This document shows positions 28,027 to 38,251 of a stretch of DNA of 43,453 bases, piece after piece. Source of the DNA: Veleropilina oligotropha (Eukaryota); NCBI GenBank assembly GCA_048128005.1, contig JBEUKZ010000033.1:1-43453 (forward strand), in the 5' to 3' direction. A program made the position numbers and the translations under genes. Position 1 is the stretch's first letter, and each line of letters opens with the position of its first letter. The notes beneath the pieces are model-generated. The model ran no database searches. It was given only the letters and a program-made list of their open reading frames with translations, and was not told where the DNA came from.

Positions 28027-28937
28027 ACAAATTTATCGAGTTTCTCTCTTCGCTCTTTGAATGGGGAATGTCAGTGTCCGCCGTCAAAGGCTATCGGGCA
28101 ACGGTCGCGACCACGTTAAAACAGTGCCGTGCCCGTGTTAGCCTGTCTAGCGACCGAACGATTTCGGATTTTATATGATCCTACGAACTCGAAATTCCGA
28201 CCCGCACGATACGGCCGCCAGCCTGGAACATCGTTCTCGTACTTAATGCTCTACTTACACAGCCATACGAGCCTATGTGCTCGGCTTCTATGAGAAATTT
28301 AACGCACAAAACGGTTTTTCTGATTGCCTTAGCGTCGGGCAGGCGTTGTTCCGAAATTCATAGTCTATCCGCAGAGCTACGATATGTTCGTTTCCAGTCA
28401 GACGGGTCGGTGATGCTGCGTCCTATCTTAGGCTTCCTCGCCAAGAATCAACGGCCGAACGAAGACGCCCCCGATATCGTTATCCCCAAGCTTACGCTGG
28501 TCGGAAGACACGATGTGGACCGTTTAAACTGTCCTGTGCGTGCCTTACGTTACTACCTCGACAGGACCCGTGATATGCGGCAGGGAAAACTACGTCTATT
28601 TATTTCGTATTTACCTTCCTATACCCGCGACATTACGAAGACGAATGTTTCGCGGTTGATTTCACAGGTGGTGAGAGACGTGTACTCTCGCTGTGAAAAT
28701 GTAGACCGCATGGTTGTTTCGGTGCGCACGCACGAGGTCCGTGCAATTGCAGCTTCCATCGCCTTCCGACACAGTCTCAACATCTCAGCGTTGCTACAAG
28801 CAGGTTACTGGAAGAGTCCAAATGTTTTTGTTAAACATTACCTGTGGGATTATTCCACTGGGGCTGATGGGTTGAGCAGCCTGCAATGTGTAGCTGCTCA
28901 ATGATGTATTATTAGACAAAGGTCGTCTAATCACTGA
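25980..28937 (+). pseudogene. DIRS A tyrosine recombinase frame (long pol-overlapping N-terminal part; catalytic domain 28275-28904)
   Basis: SGRRCSEI, AKNQ, LNCPVRAL, HEVR, GYW, KHY; stops at 26226, 27717, 28176, 28902. Confidence 0.85.
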
Positions 28938-29656
28938 GTATTGTTTCTTGATGTATCAATTAAATACTTCGTGCTGGAGCAATGTTATTGTTATGCCTAG
29001 GTGTTACTATGTAAACACATTATGAGGTGGTTCAATGTATGTTCATTTCTTAAAAACATTTTAAGATCTTGATACTTTCATGTCATACCTGAGTATTTTG
29101 ACAGGCCAGTTCACATTGAATTTAATAAACATTTATATTGCAAAAAATCTTATAGGAACATACGATGTTCAAGACATTGAAATTTTTTTGTACTCATGTT
29201 AGCCTTTCGCAAGTTGGTCATGCGAATTACTTATTAATATCGATTATTTATTTAATCTATTAATTCTTTGCTTAAGATTTGATGTCTTCACAACCTAACT
29301 ATTAGGTTCCGTGTGCCTACAAATCCGACTGCTTCCTCTGGCTACCGGCCGATGGTCCAGAGTACCAGTTGGCTGCCACTGGTCCATGACACGTAAGACC
29401 TACAAGGATCTTCCTTCCAGCCGTGCCTGGGGCTGATTGCACTTCCGTTCACCTTGTCCGACTAACACCACGGCGTATTCTCCCGGTAACACTGGTCGAA
29501 ATTCTCGCCTGGTAAGAGTAGAATATAATACTCAGCAAATTCCACTCTGTGCGGACACATTCGTCGCTTCAAGCCGATTGATATGGTGACAATTAAGTCA
29601 TAATCTTGTTTGGGATTGTTGTAAGGAACTTCTTACCCACCTATCCAAGGTCATTC

Positions 29657-29747
29657 TGGCAAGTGTAAGGACGTAAGTAAGTTTGTAACTACATAATGAG
29701 GTTTTTAAGTAAACCTAATATTAGTTAAAACATACTTACGTCCTTAC
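29657..29747 (+). other. DIRS A internal complementary region (ICR)
   Basis: First half is the reverse complement of the element's left end, second half of its right end; the joint reads CTCATTATGTAG on -. Confidence 0.93.
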
Positions 29748-29809
29748 TACGATTACCCACCCTGCGCTTTCGCATTCCTCCCCTCTTACTAAGTTCCTTT
29801 GGTGTTCTG

Positions 29810-30049
29810 AACTTTGAATTGAGGCCTTTTGACCTTGAGCTCGGACATATCGCGAGACTTGGCGAGATCTCGCCGGGGGGAACTTAGAGAGGGGGAGCAG
29901 GGGAGGTAATCGTAGTGTTTTGACTTAATAGTGCATAAAATGTGACATTATTCACTGTTTCCGGTTAGCGATAATATGACTATTATGGCAAGTGTAAGGA
30001 CGTAAGTATGTTTTAACTAATATTAGGTTTACTTAAAAACCTCATTTAT
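29810..30049 (+). repeat. DIRS A right ITR plus right extension
   Basis: Inverted copy of the left ITR followed by TTTTAACTAATATTAGGTTTACTTAAAAACCTCAT. Confidence 0.92.
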
Positions 30050-30427
30050 CAGTTTTTATTATTCGAATTTTGTGGCGGGTAACCTTATTTAAATTTACTA
30101 TGAGCCTCGAAAATAAATTGCATATAGATAAATAACGTTGATCACGTTCGATTAAAGGCCAATCGACGAGTACTGGGACAGACGCCCTGGACATATGGAA
30201 TCAACGAACGAATTTCCTGTCATTGTATGCATCTAACGGATCTAATTTATTTTCAAGAATTCTTTGAAAACATGGCTTAGACTATAATCGAGATTATGAA
30301 TATGTTTTCGCTTTATCCACTCATTTGATCCATTTTATAGCTATAAAATAAGACTATTGAAAAGACTGCACGAAACAATAAATATAACTAACAAATGCAT
30401 GCAAATTTTGAAGGAATGTTTAATTTA

Positions 30428-30694
30428 GAAAGGAAAGGATCGATACTTAATGTCCTGTATTTTTCCAACCATCATGTGGTTCAAACCAGGACATGTCCGT
30501 ATTATCGTGGGAGGAAATCCCGGTTGCCCGGGTAAACCCGCCCTCTTCAACCAGTCATGGACAACTGTGATTCATAACTTGAACAAATGTGTGATGCCTC
30601 AGCCGGGGGTCGAACCCACTACTGTTCGAGTCAGCAGAATCAAGTCAGTGATTTTCGGAATCCACAACCGTACGACTGTACTGTCAAAGCGGCC
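30428..30694 (-). mobile_element. tRNA-derived SINE, same family as 18370-18630
   Basis: B-box GGTTCGACCCC on -, body homologous to the 18370 copy. Confidence 0.7.
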
Positions 30695-31189
30695 TGTTTA
30701 ATTTAGACATATATATTATACCTAATACTGGCACAAACATACACACACACGTGCACGGTCGCAAATAATTTGTGTATGAGCGTTTGTGTGTAAATAGGTA
30801 TTATATGTACCTCGTTACCCCTATAATTGTCTGGGAAGTACTTCGACAGCTCGCGAATAACGGTTATATCAAATAAACACAAGCTAAACTCGACATTGGT
30901 GAAGTTTAAATATTGCCATTTTATACAAAGTGTTGAACAAGTAGTTTAACAACACTAAGGAACAGGAATCGATGTTAAGCTTAGCGTGATGTTCAACAAG
31001 TTGTTCAACTAGTAATTAGCTTAAACTGATGCTAAACTATAGCATAGGAATCTGTCCCATATGTACAGATAAATTCAATGTAAATATAAAATAGCCCATT
31101 TTCTACCTACTGTATTTTAAACTTGAAGATTCTGATTAATCTTCTATGCAAATACAATCGAAATAAAACTACAAATGTGGTATTTTGTG

Positions 31190-31408
31190 TATGTAGTTAC
31201 AAACATACTTACGTCCTTACTCTTGCCATAATAGTCATATTATCGCCAACCGGAAACAGTGAATAAAGTCACATTATGCACTCCTTTTAAGTCAAAACCA
31301 CTACGATTACCTCCCCTGCTCCACCTCTCCTAAGTTCCCCCGGCGAGATCTCGCCAAGTCTCGCGAGACATCCGAGCCATCAAAGTCACAAGACCTCAAT
31401 TCAAAGTT
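31190..31408 (+). repeat. DIRS B left ITR
   Basis: 31201-31408 is the reverse complement of 38252-38459 with no mismatch seen by eye. Confidence 0.93.
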
Positions 31409-32143
31409 TTCCGCCGTGACGGAAAAACGTGTTTTGTTGCTCCGCAAATATTTCTATGTCTGGCGATTTATACGTTAAATCGAAGGACGCTATTCCACTC
31501 ATATTATTGTAATAAGTTGTGGAAAGATTATACCCTGTGTTGTGGATACTAAACATCAGTGAATTGGGAAGATTATATCAAAACTTCGAGGAGTTGTGTG
31601 ATACAAGTGAAACCGACATCGCCGCCATTGCCGAGAAAAGCATGGCCGCGTAGAGGGGAAGTTTCGTGTGTTAAGAAGAAATTTCTGGTCGGTATTTTTA
31701 TCTGATATTGTTTGAGACTGCAAACAGGTAACTCATTATATTGGATAATTCCTTAACGACGCTTATTGCTGGTAATTATTGTATAAAATTCTAGCATCGT
31801 TAATAGGCAGGATTGTTTAGATATCACGTTTAGTTATTCTGATATCCTGCCGTTGCTGGGATAATACGCCATTGTACTAACTTAAACACATCCACGAGGT
31901 TTTCAGGTGTTTTCCTGGGCGGTTTTTTCTAAGAAAGAACCCCCGTTTGTTTAGTCAATTAGCCGGGTTTATTAACCGGCCTCGGTGTCCCCAGTTCGGG
32001 GTTATTTTGCGGTATATCGCCTGATCTCTGATCTTCAGATCAGGGCAATTTTAAGAGTTGTAGTAGTAAAAATTCACAACTACCAAACATATACTTATTT
32101 ATCTACCCCGACCACCCACTACCACCCTCCCGTGTATTCAGCT

Positions 32144-34344
32144 ATGGTCCGGTGCAGCGACTCCGGGTGTAACCAGAAGATCCACGGGTTTGATAAGCAC
32201 ACGGAATGCCGTATTCACCGTAATTGCAGTAAAAAATACAAATGTGAACTGTGCTTAGCTTTGACAGATAGGCAGTGGACGATTATTTTCCCTCCGGTGA
32301 AGCCGACCAGGGCGGCTGCCACGGTGGGTCCTCCCCCGGAGAAGGGTCAGGAAGAGACTGGTAAGTTAGGGGCTAATGTTTCTTCTTTGTCTGCTTCAGG
32401 GACGCTGGACGACAGCCGGCGTAAGGTACCGTCTGTCGCCGGATCTACCGGCAAAACCTCCGCGACTCATGGGGGAGTCGCCGAAACTTTGCCGGGACCC
32501 CAGATTCAGGTAGGAGCCCGAGCGCTGTCCGTTACTCCTCCAATGGGCCTAGTAGCTGCAGCCAACCATACCTTGCCGGCTAGCAAGGTATATCTGGCAG
32601 CGCAGCGAACAGCTGAGCAGGGCAGACGATCCCCCTCCTGTTCTTCGGCCTCGAAGAACACGGGATACGTTAGTCCTTCTGCGGGAAACTCTCCGTTTAA
32701 CGACGGTGAGCAACCCAATGAGAAAGCCAATATAGAGGCCGGACACCATTACGATGGTCTAAGATCCGGACAATTGGCGACGCCTGAAACCTCGTTCGAG
32801 ACCGACGCGACTAACCCCTGGGTTTTTCCGCTCAACCTCGAAGCTCACGATGTTTTCAGAGGGCCCGTTCTCTCCCGTGCACCCACGATGGTCACGCTAG
32901 ATAACGTGGACAGACCGCGAACAGAGCGGTAGACCAGTACGGACTGTGGCCGCAGTCCTACCGGTCGTCCGGCCCACTGACTGCGCCTTCGGGCCAGTCG
33001 TTCGGGTTCGACCGCTCGACACGTGACCCGAGACCCTGGTTCTCGGGACCACCTGTCCGTGCAGCCCGTCTACCTTGCGCCATGGTAACCTCGACAGAAC
33101 TACCGGCTGTTAGTTCGTCGCCCGTCATGCCTCCGGGTTTCTCTTTTGAGAACGTCCAGGCATTGATCGCGGCGGAGTTCGAGGCCCGATGTAAGGCCTG
33201 GCAACCGGCTCCCCAGCTGCGCCAGTTCCCTACATCTCTGCCCGTGGCGCAGAGCACGGCTCCTGCCTCCGTGATGGAGATCGACCCTCGTTCCGACGAG
33301 GACCTCGACTCTACTCACTCCGACCTCCCTGAATCGGTCCGGCCCGAAGACGTTAGTCTTTCAGGCATGCAGGAGCCGACCTCCACCACCCGCTGAAGGC
33401 TCGACGCCGTTGCGTCACTTCGCGGGGTGCTTGGCTTGCCGGAACCGACTCGGTCGGACGTAGGCTCAGTCAAGCACAGGACGGCAGCACATCAGTTTGT
33501 TGAGAAGGAAGCCCCCGTGCTTCCTTCCTTACCTCAGTCTGGGCTGGTTGATCTAGTGGTCGACTCGACGACCAAGCTCATACAGGGGCGCAATCCGGTG
33601 AAGGCCTCCCCGCTGACCGAGTTCCCTTCGGGGTTCCGTAGTGGGAGGTACCTCCGGGCCAGTTCGCGTTCGATCCCGTTCGCGTGTACTGGTCCGTGCC
33701 TGGCGACTGAGCCGGCTCATGTAGACGCAGCGTTGCGTCGACTGACCGCCAGTCACACTCCCTCCGTGGCAAAAGTTCCTTGGTCCGCCTTGGAAGCTTT
33801 CGAGAGCGCCGCCCGACGGGCTCTGCGGTTGTCGTCCGTTCAGGATTTTTTCCTGGACGGGGCGATAGCCGTACTACAGGAGGAAGGACCCGGCACCTGT
33901 GAGGCGGCCCTGTCCTTCCTCCAGGAGGTTGCTGCCGCAATGGAGACCAGCGCATTGGAGACGGGACGTGTCCTGGGCAATGCACTCCTACTTTGTAGGG
34001 ATGCTTGCCTGGAAGGCACCTCGCTAGACGAGGCCACCCGGCGCTCGTTGCGATGCGTGCCTTGCTCGGCCACCACTCTTTTTGGCAACAATTTTACGGA
34101 ATTCGTCGACAAGAGAGCGGCGGACTTGAAGGACCGTGCCATCGAGAAGGCGGTGATGCACCCCACCCGGGGTCCACCCTCCGACTCGAGGAAGCGTTCA
34201 GGGCCCACCCGGACCCCGAAGCCTTCTAAGCGTGCGAAGCCCTCTTCTGGTGGTAGGCCTCCGGCCAGTAAACCCACTCAGAGGAGGCATGCACCTCCAG
34301 CGAAACCCCATCAGCAGAGCGGGAGAGGGAAGCCTCGGCCCTAG
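32144..34344 (+). pseudogene. DIRS B gag (ORF1), disrupted
   Basis: Same Cys/His N-terminus; frameshifting deletion relative to A near 32918; TGA at 33394-33396. Confidence 0.82.
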
Positions 34345-36571
34345 GGCTGCCAGCATTCGCGACGGTCCCAGCTGCCCGCTTCCGCCGGTGGGAGCGTGTC
34401 TGTTAGCGTACAGCCAGTCGTGGCTAGAGCTGACAGACAGCAGCTGGGTCCACTTAGTCGTGAGTGCCGGATACAAGTTGGCATTCAACCGGCATCCGAC
34501 CTTAACCGAGGCACCACCAACAAGACACGCTCGCCTCCTTCACGGAGAAAAGCAAGCGGTCTTAGACCAGGCAGTGCGGGATTTGCTCCTCAAAGGAGCG
34601 ATATATCCCGCGCCGCCCAGCACACCAGGATTTTACAGCCATTTCTTCCTGGTCCCGAAACCCGATGGCCGCTGGCGACCGATCCTCGATCTCTCGTATC
34701 TCAACCGATATCTTCGCACCGAGAAATTCCAGCAAGAAACCCTCTCGAAGATACGAGCGGCCATCCGTCCGGGAGACTGGGCAGCGTCTATCGATCTGAC
34801 CGACACGTATCTGCATGTCCCGATGCATATCACGGCTCATCAGTACCTTCGGTTTATACACGGGGAGATGATCTACCAATTCAGGTGCCTACCGTTCGGT
34901 CTATCGTCAGCCCCGTACGTCTTCACGAGAACAGTACAGGCCCTCGGAGCCTTCCTACACTCTCTAGGGCACAGGGTACATATGTACCTCGACGACTGGC
35001 TGATCCTCGGGGCGTCCCTTGATCTGTGCCACCGGTCTACGAGCTTTACCCTGTCATCGACGAAGCGCCTGGGATTTCAGATCAACGAGACAAAATCCTG
35101 CTTCGTGCCCTCGACGACGTTTACGTTCCTCGGAGTCGACTTCGATACGGTCCGGTACACCGCGAAACCGATCCAGAAACGTATGCGGAACCTACGCGCG
35201 GTTATTCAAGACACCCTGTCATCAGAAATAACTACGGCGCGACAACTAACCACTGTCCTAGGGCACATCGAGTCGGTAGCGACCCTGCTACCGACGGGTC
35301 GAATGGACAAACGACCGTTACAACAGGCATTCAGAGATCGCTGGATACAACGGACGGGGCAGTGGACGGATCGCATCGATCTTCGGCATTGGTTTACCAG
35401 CACAACAGCAGTGTGGTTGAACCCTGCTTTGCCGGACCAGTCGGTTCCTATATCCCCGCCAGAGCCGAATGCTTACCTGTTCACAGACGCTTCGAACGAC
35501 GGCTGGGGTGGTCACCTCGACAGTTACGAGACATCAGGCCTATGGCCGACGGACCTTCAGGGACGACATATCAACTTCCTAGAGTTAGGAGCCGTCTACC
35601 TGTCAGTACGGTCCCTCTCGTCACATCTCCGCAACAAGCACATAATGCTCGCCACGGACAACACGACTGTCGTCGCTTACATCCAGCACCAGGGCGGCAC
35701 TCGCTCGCGTCCCCTTTGCGACCGAGCAATAGACCTACACCGCCTAGTGATGTCCCTCAACTCGACGATTCGAGCCCGACACATCCCGGGAAAGCTGAAT
35801 GTCAGAGCGGACTCGCTCTCTCGGAAATCACAGATAATACACACAGAGTGGACGCTACACAGCCGAGTAGCTCGGGACGTTTGTCGCCGGTGGTCACAAC
35901 CCCAAGTCGATCTGTTTGCAACAGAATTAAATTACCGACTACCTCTGTATGTCTCCCCGTACCCGGACCCGGCCGCCCTAGCGGTCGACGCACTGTCAAT
36001 GACATGGGAGAATCTGTCCGCGTATGCCTTCCCCCCGTCGTGCATTCTGACACTGGTATTACAGAAGGCATCGAACGAACGTTGCGAGATAACGCTAATC
36101 GCGCCCCTGTATCGCATGCAACCTTGGTTTCCGACCCTCCTCGATCTAATCGTCGATCGACCATTAACGCTCCCGCAGCGACCGGACCTGTTAATGCAGG
36201 CGCGCAGCCGTGTACTACATCCATCGCCGAACGACTTACGTTTACACGCCTGGCGGTTATCGAACGATCCCATGCTAAGAAAGGATTTTCTCACGCAACA
36301 GCCCTACGCATCTACCGATCGAGAAGGCTTTCCACGACAAAAGTTTATGACTACCGATGGGTTAAGTACGTGGATTGGTGTCACAGCCGGCAGGTCAATA
36401 TTCTCCGCCCCCCCTGTGAACAAGTTTATCGAGTTTTTATCGTCGCTCTTTGAACGCGGTATGTCAGTGTCCGCCGTCAAAGGCTATCGGGCAACGGTCG
36501 CGACCACGTTAAAACAGTGCCGCGCCCATGTTAGTCTATCTAGCGATCGAACGATTTCGGATTTTCTATGA
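34232..36571 (+). CDS. DIRS B pol: RT, RNase H, adenine-methyltransferase-like domain (uninterrupted frame)
   Basis: WRPILDL, IDLTDTY, LPFGLSSAP, YLDD, FTDAS, TDN, DLFA, YAFPP, QPWFP. An extra C in the run at 36408-36414 removes the stop seen in A and runs the frame on into YR sequence. True start unknown. Confidence 0.9.
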   Translation: MRSPLLVVGLRPVNPLRGGMHLQRNPISRAGEGSLGPRAASIRDGPSCPLPPVGACLLAYSQSWLELTDSSWVHLVVSAGYKLAFNRHPTLTEAPPTRHARLLHGEKQAVLDQAVRDLLLKGAIYPAPPSTPGFYSHFFLVPKPDGRWRPILDLSYLNRYLRTEKFQQETLSKIRAAIRPGDWAASIDLTDTYLHVPMHITAHQYLRFIHGEMIYQFRCLPFGLSSAPYVFTRTVQALGAFLHSLGHRVHMYLDDWLILGASLDLCHRSTSFTLSSTKRLGFQINETKSCFVPSTTFTFLGVDFDTVRYTAKPIQKRMRNLRAVIQDTLSSEITTARQLTTVLGHIESVATLLPTGRMDKRPLQQAFRDRWIQRTGQWTDRIDLRHWFTSTTAVWLNPALPDQSVPISPPEPNAYLFTDASNDGWGGHLDSYETSGLWPTDLQGRHINFLELGAVYLSVRSLSSHLRNKHIMLATDNTTVVAYIQHQGGTRSRPLCDRAIDLHRLVMSLNSTIRARHIPGKLNVRADSLSRKSQIIHTEWTLHSRVARDVCRRWSQPQVDLFATELNYRLPLYVSPYPDPAALAVDALSMTWENLSAYAFPPSCILTLVLQKASNERCEITLIAPLYRMQPWFPTLLDLIVDRPLTLPQRPDLLMQARSRVLHPSPNDLRLHAWRLSNDPMLRKDFLTQQPYASTDREGFPRQKFMTTDGLSTWIGVTAGRSIFSAPPVNKFIEFLSSLFERGMSVSAVKGYRATVATTLKQCRAHVSLSSDRTISDFL

Positions 36572-37330
36572 TCCTACGAACTCGAGATGCCGACCCGAAC
36601 CATACGGCCACCTGCCTGGAACATCGTTCTCATTCTTAACGCTCTACACTTACCGCCGTACGAGCCTATGTCCATGGCGTCTATGAGGGACTTAACGCAC
36701 AAAACGGTTTTTCTGATCGCCTTAGCGTCGGGCAGGCGTTGTTCCGAGATTCATAGTTTATCCGCAGAGCTACGAGATGTTCGCTTCCAGTCAGACGGGT
36801 CGGTGATGCTGCGTCCAATCTTGGGTTTTCTTGCCAAGAATCAACGGCCGAACGAAGACGCACCCGATATTATTATCCCCAAGCTTACGCTGGTCGGAAG
36901 GCACGATATAGACCGGTTAAACTGCCCCGTGCGGGCCCTGCGCTTCTACCTCGACAGGACCCGTGATATGCGGCAAGGAAAATTACGTTTATTCATTTCG
37001 TATTTACCTTCATATACCCGCGACATTACGAAGACGACTGTTTCGCGGTGGATTTCACAGGTAGTGAGAGATGTGTACTCTCGCTGTGAAGAAGTAGACC
37101 GCACTATTTTATCCGTCCGCGCGCACGAGGTCCGTGCAATTGCGGCTTCTATTGCTTTCCGACATAGCTTAAATATCACAGCGTTGCTTCAAGCAGGTTA
37201 CTGGAAGAATGCAAATGTCTTTGTTAAACATTACCTGCGGGATTATTCAACAGGTGCTGATGGTTTGAGCAGTCTACAGTGTGTGGCTGCTCAACGATGT
37301 ATTGTTAGACCGAGGTCGTCTAATCAGTGA
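34345..37330 (+). pseudogene. DIRS B tyrosine recombinase frame (catalytic domain 36587-37330 intact)
   Basis: Catalytic R (SGRRCSEI), K (AKNQ), HxxR (HEVR), W (GYW) and Y (KHY) present; TGA at 35020, +1 C near 36410, TGA at 36569. Confidence 0.88.
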
Positions 37331-38100
37331 GTATTCTTTCTTGATTAATCAATTAAATACTTCGTGCTGACGCAATGTTATTGTTGTGCCTAACTGTTCT
37401 ATGAAATAGACACATTATGAGGCGATTCAATGTATGTTCATTTCTTAAAAACATTTTAAGATCTTGATATTTTCATGTCATACCTGAGTATTTTGACAAG
37501 CCAGTTCACATTGAATTTAATAAACAATTATATTGCAAAAAGTCTTAAAAGATTTTGAGGTTCAATATTATTGATGTTCTACATTGAAAATTTTTTAATA
37601 TTTGCTTCCTTAAAATTTATTTTTAAGTAACATGTTGTACATGTTAGCCTTTCGCAAGTTGGTCATGCGAATCACTATTAATATCGATTATTTATAATAA
37701 TCTATTAATTCTTTGCTTATGATTTGATATCTTCACAACCTAGCTATTAGGTTCCGTGTGCTTACAAATCCGACTGCTTCCTCTGGCTACCGGCCTATGG
37801 CCAGGAGTACCATTTGGCTGCCACTGGCCCATGACACGTAAGACCTACAAGGATAATCCTTCCGGCCGTGCCTGGGGCTGAGTGCACTTCCGCTTCACCT
37901 CGTCCGACTAACACCACGGCGTATTCTCCCGGTAACACTGGTCGAAATTCTCGCTTGGTAAGAGTAGAATAATACTCAGTAAATTCCACTCTGGGCGGAC
38001 ACAATCGACGCTTCATGCTGATTGAGATGGTGAAAAGTAAGTCATAATCTTGTTTGGGTTTGTTGTAAGGAACTTCTTACCCACCTATCCAAGGTCATTC

Positions 38101-38190
38101 TGGCAAGAGTAAGGACGTAAGTATGTTTGTAACTACATATGAGGTTTTTAATTAAACCTAATATTAGTTAAAACATACTTACGTCCTTAC
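38101..38190 (+). other. DIRS B ICR
   Basis: Complementary to 31190-31228 and to 38439-38493. Confidence 0.94.
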
Positions 38191-38251
38191 TGCGATTACC
38201 CACCCTGCGTTTCGCATTCCTCCCCTCTTACTAAGTTCCTTTGGGGTTCTG

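Larger units (their letters stand above)
22839..30049 (+). mobile_element. DIRS1-like tyrosine-recombinase retrotransposon, copy A (full length, degenerate)
   Basis: Inverted terminal repeats, ICR, gag, RT-RNaseH-MT and YR coding regions in DIRS1 order; no LTRs and no DDE integrase. Confidence 0.95.

Noticed and set aside
37900..38001. Twister ribozyme (GTCCG..TAACAC...CGGAC)
   Set aside because: Lacks the internal conserved twister loop and pseudoknot sequences; kept only as an unassigned structure.
24150..38016. Minus-strand ORFs inside the DIRS copies
   Set aside because: Short, motif-free shadows of GC-rich coding sequence.
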